DNA of 64,000 nt. Origin: an uncultured Chloroflexia bacterium. GTDB lineage: Bacteria; Chloroflexota; Limnocylindria; Limnocylindrales; CSP1-4. Within the stretch, counting starts at the first letter, position 1; every line of letters begins with the position of its first letter. The stretch covers positions 709,549 to 773,548 of the forward strand of contig CAWBLU010000001.1 of NCBI GenBank assembly GCA_963789725.1. The letters are read 5' to 3'. Below the pieces are notes generated by a model, which did not search any database, was not told where the DNA came from, and saw only the letters and a program-made list of their open reading frames with translations. A program made the position numbers and the translations under genes. Shown piece after piece: positions 57,544-64,000 of the stretch.

Positions 57544-58404
57544 CTAGTCTGCCGAGCGGTCGAAGTAACGGCAGCGCAGCGCGATCGGGCAATGCTCACA
57601 GTCGGGGCGTTGGGCGTGGCAGGTCCGGCGCCCGTGGCTGATGAGCGAGACGTGGGTCTCGTACATCTGGTCTGGGCGGAGCATCGCCAGGAAGTAGTCG
57701 TGGGCGGCGTCGGCCTCGACCTTCGGCGGTATCAGGCCGATCCGGTGGCTGACCCGGTGGACGTGCCGATCGACCGGCATCAGCGGCGTCCCGAAGCTGA
57801 AGAGAAGTACCACCGAAGCCGTCTTCTTGCCGATGCCGGGGATAGCGGCAAGCCAGTCGCGAGCCTCGAGTGGCGGCTTCGTCGCCAGGAAGTCCAGGGA
57901 GTATCCGCCGCCGTTGGTGGCGATTGCCTGTAGAGCGGCCTGGATGCGCGGTGCCTTCTGGTTGGCGAGCCCGCCCGGGCGGATTACGTCCGTCAACTCG
58001 GCTATGGGCGCCGCCTCAACCGCCGCCCAATTCGGCGCCGGCAGGTCGGGAAGGCCTACCCCACCCCAGCCCGGGAACTTTCGGGGTTCTGTCGAAGCGC
58101 CGTCCGGGGCTGGCGCGGAGGGATATGCGTCCCGAAGCGCGCCGAAGGCGACCTCGGCGTTGATGTCGGCGCTGTTGGCCGAGAGAATAGTCAGGATCAG
58201 CTCGCTGATGGGGTCGAGGCGTCGGTGCCACACCGGGCGGCCGTTGGCTTCCGCGAGCCGGTCCAGGACGAATTGGGTGAGGCCCGGCCGCTTCTTCTCG
58301 AGTTGCGCAGCCCAGCGCCGAGCCACCTGGTCCGGACTCGGTTTCGTCTTGTGCCGGGCCGTGGCTTTCCGGGCGGCCGCCGGGACCTTGCGAGCCGGCG
58401 TCAC
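57544..58404 (-). CDS. nth: Endonuclease III (HhH-GPD, [4Fe-4S]) with basic N-terminal extension
   Basis: HhH-GPD IPGIGKKTASVVLLF and cluster CHAQRPDCEHCPIALRC (C-X6-C-X2-C-X5-C). GTG 58404 overlaps the glycerate kinase stop (GTGA). Confidence 0.85.
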   Translation of the reverse strand: MTPARKVPAAARKATARHKTKPSPDQVARRWAAQLEKKRPGLTQFVLDRLAEANGRPVWHRRLDPISELILTILSANSADINAEVAFGALRDAYPSAPAPDGASTEPRKFPGWGGVGLPDLPAPNWAAVEAAPIAELTDVIRPGGLANQKAPRIQAALQAIATNGGGYSLDFLATKPPLEARDWLAAIPGIGKKTASVVLLFSFGTPLMPVDRHVHRVSHRIGLIPPKVEADAAHDYFLAMLRPDQMYETHVSLISHGRRTCHAQRPDCEHCPIALRCRYFDRSAD

Positions 58405-59591
58405 GCCACGGGCTCGCGCAGGTTCAGCCGGGCCGATCGCCGCCGCCCGACGAGCGTTCCTACCTGCACGATGCGGGCCAGTCTTTCGCCCGCGGCCGCA
58501 ACCAGGGGCCCGGCCTGGGCCATCGCGTCCTCCAGCGTCATAGGCTGGTCCGGAACCGGCACGGCCAGGGTTCCTATCGCCGCGAGTGCCTCGACGCCCT
58601 CCGGGGTGACGCCGCCGCCCATGGCCACGCACGGCACCCCGGCCGCGGCCGCGCGCCGCGCGACTCCGAGGGCCGTCTTGCCGTACGCGGTTTGCTCGTC
58701 GATCCGGCCCTCGCCCGTTATGACGAGGTCCGCGGTCGCCAGTCGCTCGTCGAAGTGGGTCTCCTCCATGACCACGTCAATGCCCGGCACCAGATCGAAA
58801 CGGCGCATCCGCGGAGCCAGGCACAGCAGCCCGAAGCTTGTACCTCCGGCCGCACCGGCGCCCGGAATGGCGCGGGCTCGAGTCCCCGACGCGGTCTCCA
58901 GCAGATCGGCGTAGTGCTCCAGCCATGTCTCCAGGGCGACGACATCTTCCGGCCATGCTCCCTTTTGCGGAGCGTAGACCGCGGCAGCGCCGCGCTCGCC
59001 GAGAAGAGGATTGGTCACGTCGCAGGCTATGCGCAACTCCAGTTCTCCCAGCCTGGGGTCCAGCGACGCCAGGTCCACGGCGGCAAGGTCCGGGATCGGC
59101 CCGGGCAGCCGGCCGCCGGTGCTGCCGCGGTACCAGACACCGAGGGCGTTGAGGAGTCCGGAGCCACCGTCCGTCGTGGCGCTGCCGCCCACGCCCATAA
59201 GGACATGCCGAACGCCCGCATCCAGGACGGCGACCAGTACCTCGCCCGTGCCCCCGGTCGTGGCCGCCAGCGGGCTGCGCGGCTCGCCCTCGGGCAGGCG
59301 CGACAATCCTGATGCCTCGGCCAGCTCCACGGCGGCGCGCTTCCCGTCGGCGGAGAGAAGCCAGCGGGCCGTGAGCGGGCGGCCCAGCGGGTCATGAGCG
59401 GGGCACTCCTGCCACTCCCAGCCGCCCGTTTCGGCGATTGCCGCCAGTGTGCCCTCCCCGCCATCCGCGAGAGGGGCCAGGATCAGTTCATCGTCCGGAC
59501 GGGCTCGAGACCAGCCGTCGGCCAGGGCTCTGGCCACGTCCACGGACGACAGCGACCCCTTGAATGAGTCCGGGGCAAGCAGAACGCGCAA
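58401..59591 (-). CDS. Glycerate kinase (GarK/GlxK family)
   Basis: N-terminus RVLLAPDSFKGSLSSVDVA matches the family's APDSFKGS signature. TTG at 59591; everything 5' of it in the ORF is Arg-rich junk. About 396 aa. Confidence 0.8.
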   Translation of the reverse strand: MRVLLAPDSFKGSLSSVDVARALADGWSRARPDDELILAPLADGGEGTLAAIAETGGWEWQECPAHDPLGRPLTARWLLSADGKRAAVELAEASGLSRLPEGEPRSPLAATTGGTGEVLVAVLDAGVRHVLMGVGGSATTDGGSGLLNALGVWYRGSTGGRLPGPIPDLAAVDLASLDPRLGELELRIACDVTNPLLGERGAAAVYAPQKGAWPEDVVALETWLEHYADLLETASGTRARAIPGAGAAGGTSFGLLCLAPRMRRFDLVPGIDVVMEETHFDERLATADLVITGEGRIDEQTAYGKTALGVARRAAAAGVPCVAMGGGVTPEGVEALAAIGTLAVPVPDQPMTLEDAMAQAGPLVAAAGERLARIVQVGTLVGRRRSARLNLREPVA

Positions 59592-59611
59592 CCGATCGTC
59601 GCGAGAGCCGC

Positions 59612-61657
59612 TCAAGACTCGACTCCGCCAGCCCCGGCCCCGAGCGGCGTGGCCTCGCCGTTCTCGACCGGATCGCCGGCGGCGCTCGATGCCGCGACGT
59701 CCGGCGGCGCCGCCGGACTGGCCGGCGCAACCCCGCCCTGCTCCGCGGCCCCCGCCATCCGGCGCCTCTCCAGATACTCGGGGATGCCGATCATCGGTGG
59801 TCGCTCGTGGTCCGCCAGTTCGATCACTTCCAGGCCCAGGCGACCCTGGCCCGATCGTGGCAGTTTCATGGTCGAACCCGCTTCGGCCAGGAGTGGAGTC
59901 TTGCCTCTCTCCTCCAGCCGTTTCATGACGGCCTGGAGGATGACGAAACTCATCCGCGACAGGCCCTCCAGCTCCTGGTTGCGGTGAACGCGCCGCTCCA
60001 GGTCCACCTGGCCCAGGCCCTCGAGGCCGACTCTGGCCGAGACGTCGATGAGGTGGCCGATCTCCACGGCATAGCTCGTGAAGAACGGGATCGTCTCGAG
60101 CAGGCTCCGGCGGCCCGCGTACTCTCCGGCAAGCGGCTGGATCAGGCCCGACAACTCGGGATAGAAGAGGTTGATCAGCGGCCTCGCCACGAGCTCCGTG
60201 ACGCGCCCGCCGCCGCCTTCCTTGAGGACGCCGCCTTCGACGATCGGCCGGCGGTAGTAGCCCTTGACGTACTGGATCCGTTCTTCGGCGATGAGCGGCC
60301 CGAGCGTGCCGTAGACCATCCGAGGATGCCAGTTGTGGACGTCCGTATCGGCCCACACGATCAGGTCGCCGCAGGTTTCATACAGGCTTTTCCAGAGCGC
60401 CTCGCCCTTGCCTCGATAAGTGCCGTAGCCCGGCAGCACCTGCGAATGCACCGCCACCCGAGCGCCCTCGGCCGCGGCGATCTCGCGAGTCCTGTCCTCC
60501 GAATCGGAGTCCATGACGAGCAGCTCGTCGATCAACGGGTGGCGCTCCATCAGGTCGCGCCGGGCCCGCCGGACGATGGCTCCGATCGTCGCAGCCTCGT
60601 TGAGCGCCGGCAGCACGAGGCTGACGGTCAGGCCGGCCTGCTCCTTGAGGCGGACCAACCTGTCGAGGTCGCTGAATTCGCGGTGATGGAAGTTGGATTC
60701 GCCGAACCAGCGCTCGACCCGAAGCGGTACCGCCCGGGAGTCGATGGCGGCTCTCTCCGCCGCGGCCAGGGTCTCGGCTGCGGCCTCGAGTCGATCGAAG
60801 GTCGCCTCGCCGATCGCCTCACGGGTCTTGACGACTACGACGGTGTTCTTGGACTTGGCCGCGATGGCCTCCGGCAGGGCCCCGAACAGGAACGTCTCTC
60901 CGCCGTCGATCGCGGGCGCGGCCGCGGCGCCCATGACCACCACGTCCGCCGTTTCCGCGGCCTTCATGATCGCGTTGCGGACGTTCGTGCCCTCGACGAC
61001 GGCCTGCTCGACGTGGCCGCTGGCGTGCTGGCGGATGAAGTGGGCCAGGGCCCGTTCGGACTGTCTGCGGATGCCCTCGGGAATCCCCGGTGGAACCACG
61101 TGAAGGGCTATTGCCTTGCCCCCACCGTGGCGGGCCATCGCGTCGGCGAAGTGGAGCGCCATCTCGGCGTGTGGACCGCCCCGGATCGGCACCAGAACGC
61201 GGCCCATCTCCGCGGTGCCGCCCTGCTTCACGACTGCGATGTCGCACGGTGGCTCGCGAACGACCTCGTCGATCGTGGAACTGAAGACCGGCGGCTGCGC
61301 GCCCGGCTTGGCCGCCGACGGCTTGCCGCCCCAGCCGAAGATGATCAGGTCGGCGTCCATCTCCGCGGCCGCCTCGACGACGCCTTCGGCCGCGCGACGC
61401 CCGATTCTTACGATTGGGTGGATCGTCACTCCCTCCGGAGTGAAGTCGAGGACGCGCTGCAGCAGACGCCGGGCGTGGCGCGCGCGGTTCGCTCCCTCCG
61501 AGAGAGGTGTGCCTTCCGGCACCTCCACGATGCCCAGGACGGTCAGGCTGCCATTCTTGCGGTCCATGACTGCCGATCCCAATCGGACCAGTTCCTGAGC
61601 GGTCAGCGGGTTAGCCACCGGGATCAGGATTCGGCAAGGCAGCGGTGCTCTGATCAC
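59612..61657 (-). CDS. Fusion protein: two tandem USP-like (adenine-nucleotide alpha-hydrolase) domains + GT81-type glucosyl/mannosyl-3-phosphoglycerate synthase (GpgS/MpgS-like) domain
   Basis: USP-like blocks ILIPVANPLTAQELVRLGS...DLIIFGWGG and RVLVPIRGGPHAEMALHFAD...VVVMGAAAAP. The C-terminal ~330 aa read LTVSLVLPALNEAATIG...LLVMDSDSEDRT...GKGEALWKS...GGGRVTELVARPLINLFYPELSGLIQPLAGEYAGRRSLL...VHRNQ, which I recall as GpgS-like. 681 aa. Confidence 0.75.
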   Translation of the reverse strand: MIRAPLPCRILIPVANPLTAQELVRLGSAVMDRKNGSLTVLGIVEVPEGTPLSEGANRARHARRLLQRVLDFTPEGVTIHPIVRIGRRAAEGVVEAAAEMDADLIIFGWGGKPSAAKPGAQPPVFSSTIDEVVREPPCDIAVVKQGGTAEMGRVLVPIRGGPHAEMALHFADAMARHGGGKAIALHVVPPGIPEGIRRQSERALAHFIRQHASGHVEQAVVEGTNVRNAIMKAAETADVVVMGAAAAPAIDGGETFLFGALPEAIAAKSKNTVVVVKTREAIGEATFDRLEAAAETLAAAERAAIDSRAVPLRVERWFGESNFHHREFSDLDRLVRLKEQAGLTVSLVLPALNEAATIGAIVRRARRDLMERHPLIDELLVMDSDSEDRTREIAAAEGARVAVHSQVLPGYGTYRGKGEALWKSLYETCGDLIVWADTDVHNWHPRMVYGTLGPLIAEERIQYVKGYYRRPIVEGGVLKEGGGGRVTELVARPLINLFYPELSGLIQPLAGEYAGRRSLLETIPFFTSYAVEIGHLIDVSARVGLEGLGQVDLERRVHRNQELEGLSRMSFVILQAVMKRLEERGKTPLLAEAGSTMKLPRSGQGRLGLEVIELADHERPPMIGIPEYLERRRMAGAAEQGGVAPASPAAPPDVAASSAAGDPVENGEATPLGAGAGGVES

Positions 61658-63069
61658 GGCGTCACCTCGGGGGCGGCGGGAGCCGCTTGTTCATGCCAGT
61701 GCTTGACGAGGTACGGCTTCAGGAGCTCGAACTCGCGCGCCTGACGTTCTACCCGCTCCTCGGCCTGTTCCCCGGACAGCCGGCGGTTCTCGATGATGAA
61801 AGCGCCGACTCGACCGAAATAGATCGGCACGAAGGCGGCGACGAGTCGCTCGAGTGTGAGGTTGCCGAAACTCGCGCTAACGAGCAGGTCGTAGAAGACC
61901 CTGGCCCACAGGTCGTCCGGGAAGTGGAAGGACGCGACGGAATCCGAGAGCTCGTCGGTGGATGGCAGGCCGCTCCGGCCGGCGGAGCCCTCGCCGGACT
62001 CGGCGTCGATGCCGAGCCTGTGGGCCGCGGCCTCGGCCAGCTTCCCGGCCTCCTCGGCGAGGAGCATGACGTTCTCGTAGTTGCCCTGGCGGAGCATCTG
62101 CTGCCACGTGTCGCACATGGTCAGAGAGCCGGCGTGGAACTGCGCCAGCAGCCGCAGCGTGTTGACCTCGAGCGGGGGCGGGTCGGCGTACCGCTCGAAG
62201 CCGTAGACCGGAACCTCGCGACTGCCCACGATCGGCAGCCAGCGCTCGGCATTGTCGCGAGCCATCGTCAGCAGGGTCCCGACGACCTGGCGGAACATCG
62301 GACCGAGGTCCGAGCCGGGGTCCTTGGGGTCGTGGATCTTGGTCCCGAGGCGGGTCTGGCAGACGGCGAAGCCGCCGGTCAGGGCCGTCGTGGTCATCCA
62401 GATGTCAATGCCGAAGCGCGAAACGTCGTCGGTCCAGCCCTCCTGGGCGAGGTAGTGGCGGATCAGGTCCCCGCTGACGCCGAAGTCGCCGCCGATGGGC
62501 TGGCGGATTCGGTGCCCATAGAGAGCTCGCGTGACAGGGTAGGTGACCGTGTTCGTGATCGTGCCGTCGTACTTGTGGCGCGCGTACAGAGGCGCCACGT
62601 AGTCGTAGCCGCCCTTGAGGATCGGGCCGGCCAGGAGTTCGATCCATTCCGGCACGATCGATCGGAGGTCGGAGTCGACGACGACCAGAGCCTCGACCTC
62701 CAGGGCAGCCGCCATCTCGAAGAGCGTTCTGAGGGCGGCGCCCTTGCCACCGATGCCGTCGACCTCGGGGTAGGTCAGGCTGACGCGCTGGAGGCGGTTC
62801 GTCGGGCGGACGAGCAGGATCTCCTCGACGTACCCCGGCGGTTCGGTTTCGACGACGACTCGCTGCGTGCCGTCCGGCGAGCCCGCGTCGGCGTTCACCA
62901 GGATCGGGCGCAGGTCGGGGAAGTACTGGACCAGGCCGGCCTGAGCGGCCCGAACGACGTGGCCTATCGTTGCCGCGTTCCGATAACTCGGTATGCCGAC
63001 CATGATGTCGGCGCAACCGAGCCGAGCGATCTCGTCCTTGATTGCGGGGGTAAGGGCGCTCGACGGCAT
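61654..63069 (-). CDS. GT78-like glycosyltransferase resembling mannosylglycerate/glucosylglycerate synthase (single-step, glycerate acceptor)
   Basis: From ATG 63069: IMVGIPSYRNAATIGHVVRAA...GKGAALRTLF...VVDSDLRSIVPEWI...QPIGGDFGVSGDL...FGIDIWMTTTAL. These align by eye with blocks I recall from Rhodothermus-type MGS: GKGDGMNTAL, YDADITSFGPDWI, QPLGGELLM and WGIDTLYTFV. The 5' 440 bp of the ORF are Ser/Arg-rich junk. Confidence 0.6.
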   Translation of the reverse strand: MPSSALTPAIKDEIARLGCADIMVGIPSYRNAATIGHVVRAAQAGLVQYFPDLRPILVNADAGSPDGTQRVVVETEPPGYVEEILLVRPTNRLQRVSLTYPEVDGIGGKGAALRTLFEMAAALEVEALVVVDSDLRSIVPEWIELLAGPILKGGYDYVAPLYARHKYDGTITNTVTYPVTRALYGHRIRQPIGGDFGVSGDLIRHYLAQEGWTDDVSRFGIDIWMTTTALTGGFAVCQTRLGTKIHDPKDPGSDLGPMFRQVVGTLLTMARDNAERWLPIVGSREVPVYGFERYADPPPLEVNTLRLLAQFHAGSLTMCDTWQQMLRQGNYENVMLLAEEAGKLAEAAAHRLGIDAESGEGSAGRSGLPSTDELSDSVASFHFPDDLWARVFYDLLVSASFGNLTLERLVAAFVPIYFGRVGAFIIENRRLSGEQAEERVERQAREFELLKPYLVKHWHEQAAPAAPEVTP

Positions 63070-63196
63070 CACGGGCACCGTACCACGTCGGGGGCTTTCC
63101 GGGGCATCCTGCGGCGCAGTTCCAGCCGGGCATCCATTAGCCCGCCGTTGGCCATCGGCGTCCTGCCGAGGCGACACGTTGGTCGATCGGGGACGT

Positions 63197-63886
63197 CTAC
63201 TTTGGCGGCATCGGCAGGATGGACCAGTCGTCGTTCCTCGAGTTGGGAACGTAGCGGCTGTTCGCGGCCTTGTACACCAGCGCCCCGAAGCCGGCGCTGC
63301 GCCAGGTGGTGATGAAGCTGCCGATCGGCGGCCTGACGAACGGCGTGATCCGGACGAGGTCGCCCGGCTCGAGCGCACCGTCGAGGAGCCGCTTGCGCTC
63401 CAGCAGGGGAAGGTCGAGCAGCCGCGAGCCGTCGATCGACAGGAGGTCGACGGCGACGAACGCGATGGGTCGATCAGGATCGAGCCGGCGTTCCGGAGCC
63501 GCCATTCGGGCAACGCGGCTGCCGACCAGGAACTGGGTCATCATCTGGCCGGTCGTCGGAGCGGCGGGCTCCTGGACCGTCGTCCCTTCGGTGGGCTGGG
63601 TCGGCTCGACCGTGAGGAATCCGTCGAGAATCAACTCGCCCGCCAGCGCAGACGAGGCGATCGCGGCTGCGACCTCGGCGAACTCGGCGGTGCAGTCGAC
63701 CCCTTCTTCGTCGACGAGTGTCGCTGCCGCGCCGTCGTAGCGGACGAGGACGCGGACTCCGCCCCACCTGGGCTCGATGACCGCGTCGCGCGTCCGGCTC
63801 CCGCCGCGACCGCAGCGTTGCGGTCGCCAATCGGCCGGATCGCTCGGCGGCTGCGGCGGCGGTGGATGTCGGCGGAAGATCGGCAT
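63197..63886 (-). CDS. ATP-dependent-ligase-like adenylation domain protein with degenerate motif I (possible inactive ligase homolog), no OB domain
   Basis: IEPRWGGVRVLV aligns to the ligase motif I EPKWDGFRALV but with the catalytic K changed to R and D to G. Motif-like blocks follow: LDGFL, VDLLSIDGSRLLDLPLLERKRLL and GALVYK. About 229 aa. Confidence 0.45.
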   Translation of the reverse strand: MPIFRRHPPPPQPPSDPADWRPQRCGRGGSRTRDAVIEPRWGGVRVLVRYDGAAATLVDEEGVDCTAEFAEVAAAIASSALAGELILDGFLTVEPTQPTEGTTVQEPAAPTTGQMMTQFLVGSRVARMAAPERRLDPDRPIAFVAVDLLSIDGSRLLDLPLLERKRLLDGALEPGDLVRITPFVRPPIGSFITTWRSAGFGALVYKAANSRYVPNSRNDDWSILPMPPK

Positions 63887-63910
63887 GGTGGAACCTGACT
63901 TCGATCGTGG

Positions 63911-64000
63911 CTAGTCGCGGTAGCCGGCGGGGTTGGCATGGCGCCACGCCCACGCGGAGCCGATCATCTCTTCGATACCGCTCCGGCGCGGCCGCCACCC
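63911..64000 (-). CDS. 3' end of an unidentified gene running off the window
   Basis: Minus-strand frame ...SGIEEMIGSAWAWRHANPAGYRD* with stop TAG at 63913..63911. Too short to assign. Confidence 0.2.
   Translation of the reverse strand, partial: GWRPRRSGIEEMIGSAWAWRHANPAGYRD

Noticed and set aside
58401-60356. 651-aa ORF as a single protein
   Set aside because: The 5' ~250 codons are Arg-rich (RRRRPQGRRRRARHGARGEAADQ...). The recognisable glycerate kinase begins at the APDSFKGS block, so the TTG at 59591 is used.

Overview
This window is a high-GC (roughly 68-70%), densely coding segment of actinobacterial type. That assignment is inferred from codon bias, the class I xylose isomerase, and the frequent GTG/TTG starts with ATGA/GTGA start-stop overlaps. 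Most of the window is carbohydrate-utilisation loci. One is xylAB divergent from a sugar ABC importer plus a GH3 enzyme. A second is a LacI-controlled pentose-type ABC system (binding protein, permease, ATPase) next to a GH51 arabinofuranosidase. A third is an AglA-type alpha-glucosidase with an ABC importer, and a second GH3 with its own LacI. Other recognisable modules are a TetR-ABC efflux operon, a MarR-MFS efflux pair, a TetR-DUF385 (F420-type reductase) pair, a non-homologous end-joining pair (LigC-like ligase plus LigD-type polymerase domain), PspA with a TPM-domain envelope protein, an OmpR/HK two-component system, a PAP2/vanadium-haloperoxidase-like + CRTAC1/FG-GAP + M24 peptidase operon, and tRNA-Thr(CGU). 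Two regions are unusual. (i) Positions 3070-7009 hold an orphan [NiFe]-hydrogenase large subunit with its C-terminal maturation protease, set between two paralogous polytopic membrane proteins and two perfect tandem-repeat arrays (61 bp x7 and 14 bp x14), with no small subunit. (ii) Positions 57544-63886 form a tightly coupled operon with a GT78 mannosyl/glucosylglycerate-synthase-like gene, a tandem-USP::GT81 GpgS-type fusion, glycerate kinase, endonuclease III, and a ligase-like gene whose catalytic motif I is degenerate. Two genes (a DUF385 reductase and an MFS transporter) are broken by single-base frameshifts in G/C homopolymers, which may be assembly errors. All calls rest on motif and composition reading; no database searches were run.
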